64,000 nt of DNA from Psilocybe cubensis (GCA_017499595.2 CM039009.1:124001-188000), one strand, 5' to 3'. Counted from the first letter of the stretch, positions 37,638 to 51,381 are shown. Notes: a model not told the origin generated them from the letters alone. Translations and numbers: made by a program.

Positions 37638-39231
37638 CGTTGATGACTGCGGCGCGCTTTTCCACGCCCGTTTTGGTCATCGTCGTCGACGATGAGCTTG
37701 ATATCGACGAATTTTGAACGGATTAATGTAGTTATTACATGTATACGTAGAGAAATATAACGCTTACCGTGATTGGAACTTCGTTTGAGCGATCGTATGT
37801 TATATTTAACACACGCGCCGGGCCAAGACATACGGCCCCTATGTTGCCCGGTTATGTAATGTCCGGTCAACCGGACTTGTCGTAAACATACGAAAATTCT
37901 TACTTGATTTTGCAGGGTAAAACAAATAATTGTTTGCATATTGTAAAGCTAATAAAAATATTACTTAACATTGTAAACCGGGCCCCAAAATTTGGGTGCA
38001 TTTGTAAGACCAAAAATTTATTGTATTGGATTACATTGCTTTGTAATCTACTGTCTGTTTAGTTGATGGATATACAGCTGGATATATGTGTGCCGTGCCA
38101 GGAATCCCCAATCCTTCTTGGCCCATGCAGCTGAAGCATAATTACATACTATTGCATATGGGATGGTGAAAATACGAATGTGCACCAGATCACATAGAAG
38201 ATGGTGTGGAAGTTGAATCCAGGAGAAAGGAAGAAGTATTGATTTCTCGTGAAAATGAATTTTTGAAGAGATGAGGACCACTGTTGTGCAGCGGCTAGGG
38301 ATGTAGAAGAGATGATGATTGAGGCGCCTAGTACAATATACCCTCGAGTTGGTGTAAGGTTTACAAGCTCTGATGACTGGATGTAGGTGAAATTGACTCC
38401 CAATGTGTACGCAATTGCGTACCCGAGGGGCGCATCAAACGACGGAATGTCATTCGACACGTCACGATAAATGGGTAAGAATAAAACCTTCCCGCCGACA
38501 CAGCTAATAAAGATATATGCCGCCAAAGAGATGACTGAAAGTTCAATGCTCCTATTAAGTTGAGCTTGTGATGATGGGCGAATGAAACGCGTTAAAGCAG
38601 TGGTGATCGTATCAGGTGAGTGTTGCTTGCAAAAACGCATACCAAGGTGCAGACAATCCATCATCATGAGATAGGTGACATATACAACGGGGCCAGAGAG
38701 GTAAGGGTACACCCAACCGGAGTCAGGGCGTCCAAACACAGTGCTCCATAAAGAAGTGAGAATAATCACCTGTAGTGACTACTATTATGTATCATACCCC
38801 GGCAGTTTCCCAAGTGCCATGATATATCCTGGTGGGGAGTATCCCAACTGCCCAAGATGATGTATCAGAGGGTCTGTGGGGCGGTATAATCAGTGCCGGG
38901 GATAGTGATGGGTGCCGGGGGCATCAAAAAGCCAAACAACGCAGGAAATGGCCCCGCAGGGAAAATTTTTCAGTTTTATACACTCTCATGGGCATTTTGG
39001 CCACAAAAACTTGATAATTATATCTATAAATAAACCTACTACCTAATGCCGCCGTATGCGCTCAAATGTATGGGGAGGGCGGGGTGGATGGCTCTGGGGT
39101 CGTTTGGATGACGAGTTTTAAAATAGATGACTCCTCGCAACATGATGTCATTATGATTCCATCAGATTTGATTGCATCGGATGAAGTCCTATAAATAATT
39201 CATGACTATTATTGAATGACTAAAGTAAAAC

Positions 39232-40122
39232 CAAGGGGGTGCCGGTGTTCAAAATTCGGACACCACCTAGGTAGGTAGGTTGGCCGATCAGCCCCGAAAA
39301 AAAAAAAATGTACCATATTTTTTTTGTCTAATTTCTGAGGAATTTCATGGTCCAAAGTTGTCTGTAATCAAGTTTAGAGCATTTTGGACTGTATTTCATA
39401 GACAAATTATGTTTTTAAACAAACACAATGCCAATCTCGTTGAAATTCAGGTTAAAATCTTCATGATAGGTGGCCGGGCTTCAAACAACACAGATATTTG
39501 ACCTGATTTTGACTGAGATCATTGATTTACCGTCTGGACGCTGTCTCAAAGACATGGGTGTGCCACACATGTAAAGGGAGAAAAAGACATGGGTGTGCCA
39601 CACATGTACAGATATTTGACCGTCTGGACGCTGTCTCAAAGACATGGGTGTGCCACACATGTACAGATATTTGACCTGATTTTGACTGAGATCATTGATT
39701 TACCGTCTGGACGCTGTCTCAAAGACATGGGTGTGCTGTCTCAAAGACATGGGTGTGCCACACGGCACATACCCACAGTGTCCGGTGCAGGTTGCGATGC
39801 TCACTGCATGCCTCAGTGAAAGTCACCCAGCTCTGTGACCCAGGGCCAAATTTGCGCGGCAGGTCACAAAATGTCTGTGACCTGCGCCCAAGGAATGCCA
39901 CGGGGGTCTCCTTGTTCTATAACTACTTATTTACACTTTGACCTGTCCGATGTCGGGAAATTGAGTGAATTTTGATGAAGTTCAATGTCTTGGCCCTTGG
40001 CAATTCCCATTTTAGGCGATTTTGATCATTATGTAATGGTCACGAGGTAGGTAGGTTGCCCAAATTACCTCGAAATAAAAAATATGAGGTCGTGTTTTTT
40101 TTTGAACCCCGGCACCCCCTTG
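39232..40122. mobile_element. hAT-type MITE (891 bp) nested at the KDZ transposase stop codon
   Basis: TIR CAAGGGGGTGCCGG(t/g)GTTCAAAA. 8-bp TSD AGTAAAAC (39224-31 / 40123-30). Internal tandem repeats at ~39490-39762. Confidence 0.9.
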
Positions 40123-40129
40123 AGTAAAA

Positions 40130-43100
40130 CTACAGGGGCTCTTCCGTCTCATTCTCAAATTCTTCCTCCTCGTCTTCATCTGGAGGTACCTGATCAACCT
40201 GATCAACCTCATCTCCCTCATCGTCGTTGTCATCATCATCATCATTCTCTGTAATCTTGTCACTGAAAGGTGCTGCCCATAGCCTCTGAAAATGGTTTGC
40301 TAGAGATGTCTGGATTTCTGCTTGGGATTTCGCAAAGGCAGAGATTCCTTCTGCCAAATCCTTCCGAGTGCCTGGAAGCGCCGATTGCCGTTCTACCCAC
40401 CATGCCGACCTGTGCTTCAAGAACATTAACATTCTCCGCATTTCCTCCTTCAAAAGTAACACCTCCTCCTTGGCACGCATAACCCGAGCACGACTCTTCG
40501 CCCACTCTACTCGGAGAATGTTGTCATGGTCTTCTTCCGTTCGAACACCCACTGTAACCGTCCATATCCAAGATAATGTTCTTCGGGTCTGTCCTGTACC
40601 ATCTCTTCTATTCCTCTGCTGATTCACAAGGTCGATACTGTCATCTTCATCTACTTCAATGTTTGAGGGCTTGTGCCCATCTTCGTATATGCCTCGACGT
40701 CCTACATGAGGGCGTAATTGGTCTGGATCCTGGTATCCCCTCACATCCTTGTCCTCCAACACCTGGTATGTGTTTTCCCAATCACCTTCTCCTGCTAATG
40801 CCAGATGTGCAACTCGTGCAGACCGATACTTTGAGGCTGCAAAACGCGCTCGTACGTGGACACGATCAATTATTGTAGTCAATTGTGTGCCGTCCCGCTG
40901 TCCTCGGATGTTTTTGTTCTTGAAATCAATCATTCTGGATTTGATAATAAGAATTTGCCTGATCGAGGCCAGCGAATTGGACATCTGCGCAAAACGAAGC
41001 TCTTTCTCGATATTGGCGAGGCCAGGAGTACAGATGCGTGATTGAAACGGTTCAGGAATAAATGAGGGAAGATATAGAATGGCATCTTAAGCGTAGCTAA
41101 TCTTAGTCGTAATTGGATGATCTGCTTGATACTGTAGGATTCCTGGAATATAGACTGGCAATAGTTGCTCCCATGCCCGAATACGAGTTGCGAGAACATT
41201 TCGCTGTTCGGTCAAAGATCCTGCCTGCCGGATTGTTGATTGAGGTCCTACCCCCTTTGCCAGACGTCTAACACGTCGTCTATCACATCCTGTAAGCATA
41301 TGATCCTAGAGGTTGCAGAAAAACTTACTGGGCCTCTTCCAGCTCCAATCCAAGGGCGATAAAGATTGAAGATGTTGTGGCATGCGGGAATGAGCCACCC
41401 TGTGCCAAAAATTCGGCTTCCTTTTCTGCAAGATCTTTCTTGACCTGTGCCTCGCTCAATGCTAAACCACCCATGAGTATTGAAATTATTGGGAATTGAG
41501 AACGTGGAAGACTCACTTATACTTGGCATATAGTAGGGGTTTTTTTTCTTGTTCTTCGGAAACTCCTCTAATTCCCACTCAACACACATTTTCTCCCAAA
41601 CGTCTATCAGCTGGGGATTCTCCTTTTTTACAGATTCGGTCAGACCTCGATGCCCTTCCACCTGAGTGTTTCAATCTGCAACCGCCCGACGGTATCTTTT
41701 AAGTAGAGTTGTACCCATGGATGTGTACTTCAACCAATTCCAAAATCCAAAGTGGTCGTCAAGCGTGTCTTGTCTAGAACCAGGACCCATCGTTTTCGTC
41801 GCATTTCCAACAGCATTATGTGGGCCCCATACCCGTTCAGGGCATTCTCCATCGGATTGACCAGCCCCAGGGATAAGATTCAAAGAAAAGACGTCGTGGT
41901 TGGCATGGGATTGTTTATGCATCGATGCATGCAGTTTTGGGATTGCGGGCGTAAACTGCATGTCGGACGAAGGTTTAATTTCCGGTGGCCAATCTTCCTG
42001 CATTCTTTTCAGAAGGTTGAGGAACCACTGGCAGGCAATATCGTAGCTTGCGAGAATAGATATGACAGATAGCGCTTTCAGAATTGTCCCAAAGATATAA
42101 TCCATGTTGGCGTAACTATTATTATAGATTGTGAGTCAAGTAACCTGCAGTTGATAGCGTTAACATACCGTTCACCCTTATGAAGATTTCCAACTCCCAA
42201 AATCATTTCTGATCTGCCGCATACACCCATTCCCACTCCAGTATATCTCAGACCCTTTGAAAACTTGCTATTTGCCTTTGCAAGGGCCTGGAATCCCACA
42301 CAGGTACTGATCTATCTCAAATTGTTAGTCTTGTTCCTATGGTTTCTATGGGATGATATTCTTACGTCTTTCTCATTCGCTCTACTCTTTACATACTCCT
42401 CGTATTTTGTTCGGTGGATCATGTATGCGAGACCCAAGCCAAGCCCAGGATCCTGTGAATAATTTGATACCATTTGGTTTTTTAATCGGAAATTGGCGTC
42501 GAGACAAATCATTACAGTATATAAAAACCTAGCCAGCAGTCAGAAATATCATTCTATAAAGTTTAAATGACTTACTTCATGTTTTCCGGGGCATCTTTCC
42601 AGTCATTTGGCAAGTTAATGCCAGGGTGTGGACATGATGGACACTTTACCATCAACTCTCCAGGTAAAGTTCCTACAGCTCCTCGACTATCGTGGCCCCG
42701 CCCCGCCCACTTCAACATTTGCAAATGCCGCCACTGAAGTACCATTCTCATGAGTGCACGATAACGAGATTTTGGCACATCAATGCCCAGATTTGTTGTT
42801 GACTTCTCGAGACAGCGATAAAAATCATAAGTAGAGGCCTTTGTTGTGAGAGCGAGTCGGTGTAGATGGCGAAGAAGGTCAAATGTTGCACAGGTCTTTG
42901 TGGAAAGCTGTGATGCCGGATATATGCGTCGACGAAGAAGTTGGATATGTTGTGGAATCGCCCGTGAGCACCCACAATATTGAACTTTGCAGGAATGGAT
43001 GCCGTTTGTATGAAGTATCAACATTTTGGAGTGGCAGGCAATGGGATTGTCGCAGTATGCACCAGCATGGTTTAGCTGAATGACCAAACCTAGCTCCTTG

Positions 43101-43895
43101 AGTGAGATGTCCACAAAATTTGACCCGGTCCACCTCTGAAACAAAGAAAAAAAATTAATTGTCATATCAGAATAGGAATGCATAAGTACGTACTTCGATT
43201 CGATGGAATAGATTAAGCCTGTGTCGTCTAACGCAACATTCACAACACGTAAGATCGGGCGACAAGCACTCCCTACATCTGTGCTCTGCTTGGCCTGGTA
43301 TTTCTTCTTCTCGAGCAACACAATCTGGACATGATGTAAGATGGCGAAAATCGCCCCGACCCGACCACCGGATAATCTCGTCGAGGTATGTCTGTCGATG
43401 CAACGTATACCATACCACATTCGGATGTTTCTAGATATATACAATAAACATTGGTTAGTGTAAATTCAAAATGATATACATTGCTTTTAGTCTTACTGAA
43501 ACAAGACTTCGTTTCGCCTTATTCCGGGAAGCAGTAGTGTTGTTGTTGTTGTTAACCGTCACAGTTGGCGTTGACTGAGGCCCAGAACCCTGATTCCCAC
43601 TTTCTGTACCATCCGCCATTTCCTCCTCGTCCTCGTTGTTCATGAAATCGCCTTCAACAGCGAGGTCATAGCCAACACCATCCGGCATCAAAGCATATGT
43701 GTTGTCATCTTGAGGCGCCCAAGAGGTTTCATCGTCCCATGCCCCAGCCGATAGAACGGTAGCATAATATAACCTGCCCCCCATAGTGCCCTCGCTCGAC
43801 CAAATTGTTGTGAAGGTGTCCGGTAATGGTATTGGGTCCCGATATATTTCTGCCAAGCTTGCTTCCCCGGCTCGGCGTCTTTTGCGTGCATTCAT
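40130..43895 (-). pseudogene. KDZ transposase with CxC2 domain, multi-exon, two in-frame stops
   Basis: HTNGIH..V.YCGC, QLLRRRIYPAS..TCATF, CPSCPHPGINLP, DANFRLK, KGERY, SYDIACQW, IPKLH, DGECPERVW, GPGSRQDTLDDHFGFWNW, and RVEWAKSRAR..EEV.LL.EEMRR. Stops: TGA at 41671-73 and TAA at 41087-89. Confidence 0.92.
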
Positions 43896-44350
43896 AATAG
43901 CACAATATAGCGGGCCCTGGCGACCCCTGGCGACCCTCGCGATGTTGTGATTTGCGTGATATTGAGGCGGTTAATACCACCTTTAAGCTTTTTAACGAGT
44001 GATTCAAATTAAGTGATAACCCAAATCAGACTTAAAAAAAGCGCATTACGTCACGTGGCTCGACGTGTACCGCGTGACTCAATCAACAATTTGATTATGT
44101 CCATTGTTCAATGTGCTGCAATTCAACTTCGATGATCTAATAGGTATCAAACCAAGGTGTGTGCTGCAGTACCAATCCCCCACTATTCAAACCATTTCAA
44201 CACCCCAGTGGCTTAGGAATATTCGAGCCCGGACATACACTGAGCCACTGGGTCTGTTCTCCCATTTCTGTTTCTACTCCCCTTCCTTGCCGCTGTTGTT
44301 CTACCCATTGTTCACCATTTCAAATATCACACAGGTCTTCCTTTCTGATC

Positions 44351-45966
44351 ATGATGTCTACGACTCTTACTCTGCCTACCAACTTCTCGGCTGCGGTGGC
44401 TTTGGAGCAATGGGCAAACTTGTATAGTCATGCAGATAGCCTGTTCAGCCTTTCACCGCTCACATCACCAGAGCATACTCCGCCTTCATCCCCTATTCTT
44501 CCTTCTAATGTTGATCTCCAATCGCATGGCAGAATCACATCCGACGCGTTTGTCAACGATGGCTGTCAGTTGAATCCGTCACCATTGCCAGTACCACTTT
44601 TTCCACACTCCTCGCCTTCATGTGTTCCTGCAGTACAACCCCAACCATCATTGCCGGCGAGGGCCTCAGGGAACGTCTCCACGATGGAGGGTCCATCCTC
44701 CAACCCCAAGCTGCCAGTAAAAGACGCAAAGAAATCCAAACCGCCCCATCGCGCAGCTCGCCAGCATGCTGCTGCAAATGCTGCTCGAGCGCATCAACGA
44801 GACAAGGCCAAAGGCGGGCAAATCCTTGAGCCAGCTGTTCGTGAAGCCCCTCATCGGAAATATGTCAAGGGAGCAAAACAAATCAACACCACATTTGTAA
44901 CAGAATCCGCACGCGTTGCTCGAACAGGCTTCATCGGAATCAACGACCGCTCCAGATCAAAGAGGGTGTACCATCTAGAGGAGGTTACAGGAGTCAATTC
45001 AGAGCTCCAGTTCAAGCTTGTCAAGTGGGATGGAAGGTATGCAAATGTTTCATTACCCTTTTTTGTACTGAAAGAAAATTCATAGACAACCGATGTTCAT
45101 CTCGGACTCAGATGGACGCGCTCTCGTTATTCTGGCGGGATATCCGGAGGACCAGGGCTGGCCTATCCTCATGGAACTAGCTGCAGACTCCCTGGAGGTG
45201 GCACGAAGCCGTTTTGTCCCGCCCAAGTCCGAGAATCGTCGAGGAACGTTCGACTCTCTACACTGCGGTGTCTCCTTCGGCGGCGGTCAAACTTCGCCCT
45301 CCAATCTTCGGAACGAGAAGGTCAACAAGGTGATATTGGAATGGCTCTGCAACCTCGAACCCTTCAAGCGGTTGGCAGGATTTGCCTCATGTACGTTTTG
45401 ACATTATTTTGTTTAACCATACTGATCATTCTAATTTTACAGCTGCTATGCACACCTGGGCTAACGATCTATTCTGTGCATATGCAGAAAATCTGAAAGA
45501 ACTCCACAAAGACCCTGAGCTGAAGCGTGTCTTCCCCAACAGTATCTTTTCCGCGGCTACATTCAACATGGGACCTTGTACAGTATGCACTAAGCACAAG
45601 GACTTCTCCAACTTGCCATACGGATACTGCGCGGTGACTGCACTTGGCGATTTTGATCCAAGGCAGGGGGGTCATCTTATACTCTGGGAGTTAGGACTTG
45701 TTGTTGAGTTTCCCCCCGGATCTACGATTTTGCTTCCCTCCGCGCTGATATCCCATTCTAACACCGCCATCTCCCAGCATGAGAAACGCTACTCCTTTAC
45801 CCAATACACCGCAGGAGGTCTTTTCCGTTGGGTGGCTCACGGATGCAGAACAAAGGACAAATATCTGGCTACCCTCACTCCGGACCGCCTTGCATCGTAT
45901 GTTCAAGAGGAGTCAGTAAGATGGGTAAAAGGTTTGAAACTCATACCTATTGTTCATGGCATGTAG
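44351..45966 (+). CDS. TET: TET/JBP-family 2-oxoglutarate/Fe(II) dioxygenase (fungal transposon-linked type), 3 exons
   Basis: Introns 45037-45085 and 45391-45442. Motifs RRGTF..GVSFGGGQ..P.NL, HKDFSN (HxD), GGHLILWELGLVVEFPPGSTILLPSA..HSN (distal His) and RYSFTQY (2OG-binding Arg). No stops seen. Confidence 0.92.
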
Positions 45967-46730
45967 GAACGTTAATACATTGTAATTATGGTACACAGTT
46001 GACATATCATCATGAAATAAATGCTATATCAAGATTTTTGGGTTGGGATGCAGTGATTCTCGCCAAACCAGACATTAACATTACCACAATATTGTGTTAA
46101 AATTTAGTCCCGTGTATGCTTAAGTACATTAGAATGAAAGGTACATATATCTAGTATATCGATCTCATTAAAAAATTCCGTGAAAGAAAGCAATGTATGT
46201 GTAGTATCTCAAACACTCTCTTTTTGTGCGGTGATTCACGAAAACGCTTGTGCGGCTGTCCAAAAAAGAATGGTTAATAACAAAAGCATTTTCAATCCTC
46301 TGGTTTGGAAATTTCACCTATTGAAAGGTATAATTCTCCTTAGCAACATACCCAAAAATTTTGTGGAACACTTATGTGCATAATATGGGAGTCTCTTAAT
46401 CTCTCCGTACATTGACCCATCAAACATCGTTGTATGGTGTTGGCCTTCCGACCAAAAACATGCAACAAACTCCATTTTATTCCGGCCAATTTGACCCAAA
46501 ATCTTTTCAAAATTTTATTCTACGATTAATACAGAACCCATATGTGCAACTAATTATGGTCCCGATGCACTGAGTGATTGTTGAATGCAATCTCAAAAGT
46601 CGACAACTCGAGCTGACTTTGGGTATTTCCATTTTGGTACTGACCTCTATATTTAGCAACCAATCAAAATACTCACTGACCCGCTTGGCTTTTTTTTTGT
46701 TAGGCCGAGAACGTACACTTTGTGCACTCT

Positions 46731-46944
46731 CACCGCTGGCGCTCATATATATTTTCAAAGAAAATAAGACCCAGTAATTATGTTTCCTACATTTTTTTGA
46801 CGTATTTTATTGGAATATAGGCTTCGGGCTTCCCTAATTGGGTAACCCCGGACTCTATATACGAGAAAAATACGTCAAAAACCAACAGGAAACATAATTA
46901 CCAATACATATTTTTCTATCAAATATGTATCAGCGCCAGCAGTG
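46731..46944 (-). mobile_element. CMC/CACTA-type MITE, 214 bp (copy 1)
   Basis: TIR CAC(C/T)GCTGGCGCT. 3-bp TSD TCT. Near-identical inverted copy at 60939-61152. Confidence 0.92.
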
Positions 46945-47104
46945 TCTGTCCTCCTCTATGGCCCGTAAATACATCCATTTTAAATCTAACCCCGACCGCG
47001 ACTACGAGTTGGCAAGAAGGAAAAACTCTTATTATCTGTAAGTAATACGTATATTCAGATTACTCCGGTGACAGCTTTTTGATTCCTCTGGTCAAACAGA
47101 AACC

Positions 47105-47534
47105 ATGAGGAAGAAAAGCGAAAAGGATGTGAAAGAAAACGACGTCAGAAGTAAGTAGCTTAAGTCTATGTATAGCATCAGGATATAGAAAGTTTATGAT
47201 ATTTGATTATACATTGAAGGGATCGTTTGTCTCCTGAAGCAGTAGAAGCAGCCAAAGAAAGACATCGAGAAGCTCAGAGGCGCTATCATGAAACACATCG
47301 CCACAGAATTAATGAAAGGGCTAGATTCCTTCGGTATGTACTGTATTGCTTCTCTCTTGATAATTTTCGAAAGAGTGAACAAAATCTTTGCTAGTTTTTT
47401 TCGAAAACAGAAGGCTGAGGAGGAACAAAAGTTACAAAGCAGAATCAAGGTAAGATGCTTAACAGTTATACTTGACTTGAATGTGCTAATACGTAATGGT
47501 TGTCAATTTCTGTTTGCAGAAGTTGAATATGTAG
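47105..47534 (+). CDS. Small basic helical protein, KDZ cargo (4 short exons)
   Basis: Spliced MRKKSEKDVKENDVR..AKERHREAQRRYHETHRHRINERARF..RKQKAEEEQK. Canonical splice sites. Confidence 0.5.
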
Positions 47535-47684
47535 AGTCAGATCCAAGTCAGATCTCGATTGTTGAAAAAACACAATGTAATTTTTCACAAAAGAACAAAG
47601 CTCTGAGGCAACGGTTGAGTCGGCGTAAAACGTTTGATTATTGTAGCTACTACATGATGTTGTAAACTACAAGAGCATATTAAA

Positions 47685-48826
47685 TTAGTGCGCACAATGG
47701 CCCCTTTTCCCCTTGCAATTGGGGCAAGATGAAATCAACCTGTGGTTTTCAAGGCGTTGGGATTTCCTTGGCTCCGGAGTTGCTGAGGTTGATGCGGTGG
47801 GTGGACCCTCTACAGCCTTTTGCTTGCCTTTGAGGCGAGCAGAGTATTGGCAGGTCTGGACACTGATTGATTCCGGCAGGCCAGAGGTGTCGCTGTTGTC
47901 ATCGCTATCGACATCGCCCAAGTCAATGATGTCGGGGGAGTGCTGACGCCCTTGAGCAGAAGGAATGGTCGCCACGCCTTCAGAATCAATTCTTGCTAAG
48001 GCTGGCTGTTGCGAACGGCGTCCAACGCGAATTCTGGTTGAGGCAGCAGAGAGTTTGCCGACATATGGCCACCGGGTGTACACTGTGTCTGGAAGACGTT
48101 GAAGTCGGGTTGAAGGTGCATTTTTGTAGTCGGCAGACCACGATTGCGCAGGGACAAGCTGCAAAGCACCAGCCAGTCGGTGTTCGTCAAGGAAATTGTT
48201 GAAGACGTCCTTCGGCACGCTGAGTACGTGTTCAACTATAAAATCGCTGATGGCGTGTTTAAGCACAATATATGAAACATTAAATCACTCAAGACTCACA
48301 TTGCCATCCTCAACATATTCTCAATAGGCCCCCAAACTACCACCAGCACTGGAATGATTCGCCTTGGCCTTTATGGACCGTTCAGATGAGGGGGTTGGAT
48401 AAAATGGACATCCCCAGCCTCTTGACGAGACATCAAAAACTCCTCTAGGTCTCTTTTGGCCAGGGGAAGCAGAGTATCAACGCCAATAGAGCTATGATCA
48501 AATGAAAAAAAGGTTGAGCCATATGCAACAATAATAAACAAGAAAACTTACCGGTACTCGTTAATGATAACATGTAGTGGGGCTCTCACAATTAACACAA
48601 AGACGTTTGGCTGGTCATTGAGGAATTGAAGGTAGCCTGGATTATGTGATCGCCGATGAAAGGCGAGCTCTGGATTCATCCCGAAAGCGCCTTGGATGGA
48701 GAAAAGAGGGAGGAAAGCAACAACGGTCCCAAAAATGTATGGCTCTCGGAGTCGGGGGTTAAAAAAAAGAGGGCCATCGGAAGGTTCTTGACGCTGATAG
48801 GCTGGTAATGGCGGGTAATGTATCAT
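47685..48826 (-). CDS. Hypothetical KDZ cargo protein (3 exons) ending in a CxxC..HCxH cluster
   Basis: ORFs 48548-48901 and 47685-48266 are linkable through GT..AG introns. C-terminus CPNCKGKRGHCAH. Confidence 0.55.
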
Positions 48827-48986
48827 ACTTTTTCCGGCCAAGATAACAGGAGTACATACATTTTGGATTTGAATACTAAGGATCAACCATAGCATTAACA
48901 ACCTTTCTGTCGGTATAGCAGTAGGTAAGAGCCTTGAAAAACTTTTTAAACCGAAAACTCACTGGTATTATAAACCTAGATATAAT

Positions 48987-51381
48987 ATGCCCAATCCTGG
49001 CGGTTTTCAAGGCCTACAAAAGGCTTTTTTACTGGAGCAAAAGCCGTTGTATGAAAAAGCTGTCGAACAGCAACTAGTTTCTGAAACACTTGCCGATATC
49101 AGCCGTCGATTTTTAAAAAGGTTACCGCTGGATAAGCCTGAGAGCTGGGAGCCTACTGAAGATGAGTTAGCAGCCATCAATGACGATGAAGCAGAAGAAG
49201 AAATTCCTTGCCGCAACCCCGAAACACTTTCACCGGCAGAAAAGGAGATTGCAGAGAAGCAGAAAAAAGAGAGACAACAACTCCTCCAGACCTTTCGTGG
49301 CGTACGTCGCTTCCCATTTGGGTCACTTGATTAATTGACAGGCTGACGTCACGACGCCACTTTTTCATTTAGAAAATTAAGCGTTGGTTTAGATACCAAT
49401 ACAAGCAAGATCATAAGACTCAGGCTCGCAATGCATCATCGGCTAGCAGTGATAGCAAAAATCTTTTCACACTGCTCCTCCAACAGCTTGTAGGCAAAGA
49501 GCCTAATCGCCCAAGGTTGAAGACTCCAGTGAACATATGGAGAAAGGAGAAAGCCAATCGCGATTCTATTGAGGCCGAGATTGAAGCAATGGACCCACCA
49601 GTTCCTGTCAATTTACTAGTTAAGACCCGGGACGAGATTGCAAGACGCCTTTTTCAGGAGTTGACTTTGGAAGAGAAAAAGAAATGGACAAAGATTGCCT
49701 CAGATGAGCATAGCGCCGCAATAGCAAAGTATAACGCCGACATTGATATCAGTGGGGATCTATTGACTCCGGAAGAACGTCAGCGGTGCGGCTTTTTTTT
49801 AATTTTGAATTCCTATCTTTCTAACGGTTTTCTTAATCTGATATAGTGCTATCGAGGGAATTGGTCCTTTCATGTCTCCAATCTTAGACGCGCTCTGCAA
49901 TATCACTGGGTGGAAGTGCACATTTATAGCTGGTGGGCCTGAACCTGCAAATGGGGGGATGTTGGGTACTATTAGGTTTGTGTTTCTTTTTTATACAATC
50001 TCTAGTTCTGATTTCCTCTTCGGTATAACAGTGTTCATTCAGGAGTTACGTCTGGAGATATTAAAATGAACTTTGGCCGCGCAGAGCAAGCTAAATACAA
50101 GAACATTTTTATTCCGATCTTCGGTGATTTTCTTCGAAAATGCTACTGTAAGTTATATACTTTATTCTTGAACTAATTCCGCTTAAGCGTTGTATAGCAA
50201 AAAGCACTTGTCAAGAGTGGGCATTGCCGCAAGATCATGGCCAAACCCCAATGTTTGCTTCGGAAGCCTTCAGGAGCGAAGAGGAGTCAATTCAGGCCAT
50301 TCCGATTAATGAATCTCATGTCACTGCGGCTTCCGTACCCAAAAAGAAGAAGAAGAACAGAAAGAAAACGACTGCGTCTCCCAATTTGCGTCAGACCACT
50401 ACTCCAACTACACCTCCAGAATTTCCTGTGGCTGATAAAGATGTTTCTCTTAATTCCAACTTGCTAAATCATGAAAAGGGTCATAATCCCTTTCCCGAAG
50501 ACTGGCCGTACATTATGGAAGATGAGGACAACAACTCCGGATACGAAAGCAACAATGCCGACGATTTAAGCCAAGCATCACCTACCTCTGTGCCACCATC
50601 GCCATCTCTCTCTGTGCCACCATCCCCTTCCCTCTCTACGCCACCATCTCCTTCCCTCTCTGTAGTACATCAAGACCAACAAAACTCTACGACAACAAAT
50701 AGGACAGTGTCAACGGCGACTCCGAACCCTACAGTTGACAAAGTAGTCACGGTATCTTCATCGGATGCAACTACGACCTCACCAACGCTAAATCCACCCA
50801 GCGGCCTGCCACCTCGCGCAAACCACCCATCTGTGGCAGTAGCAGACCCGGCCCACGCCACGTCTATGCCTAGTACAGCAGCAAAGAACACGCCCAATAC
50901 AATTTCAACAAACACGGTGTCGGAACCTGGTGCCTGCAAGACGTCCTCAAAGCGTAAAGGAGAATTGAAGTCAAAAAATCCCCGCAAAAAGCGCAAGGCT
51001 AATAGGTGAGTATGCAACTCAAATTCAATACAAAGCCATGTCTAATTAATCATTCCGTTTGCCACACTTAGTACTCAATCAAGGTTGACTACAGGTACTT
51101 CAACATCTGCATCTGCATCAGCATCAGCATCAGCACCGGCACCAGCAACAGCACCAGCACCTGCTCGCAGCCAACGCCTGACACGAAGCACCGCTCCTAC
51201 AGCCGCTCCTGCGCAAGCAAAGTGAGTCTTTATATGGACATTTTGGAGAACATTGCTTATATCTTTTTATTACCTTTCGAAAAGATTGCCGCCGGTGCCA
51301 ACATCTTCGGTTGTCCTCACCCGAAACGGTAAACCCGTCAAGAGCTCTAAGTTCTGGGTATATGCGGAAGATGATAGCTAA
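48987..51381 (+). CDS. KDZ-associated HMG-box-like protein with Ser/Thr/Pro-rich tail, multi-exon
   Basis: MPNPGGFQG..FL; PRLKTPVNIWRKE..ARRLFQELTLEEKKKWTKIA (HMG-like); TGWKCTFIAGGPEPANGG..SVHSG; ends KFWVYAEDDS*. Confidence 0.7.

Larger units (their letters stand above)
24539..38068 (+). mobile_element. Plavaka (CMC-related) DNA transposon, 13,530 bp, four genes
   Basis: Both ends read CATCA-N12-GTAGATTACAAAGCA inward. 2-bp TSD GA (24537-38 / 38069-70). The empty site restores the host ORF. Encodes a Plavaka transposase. Confidence 0.88.
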
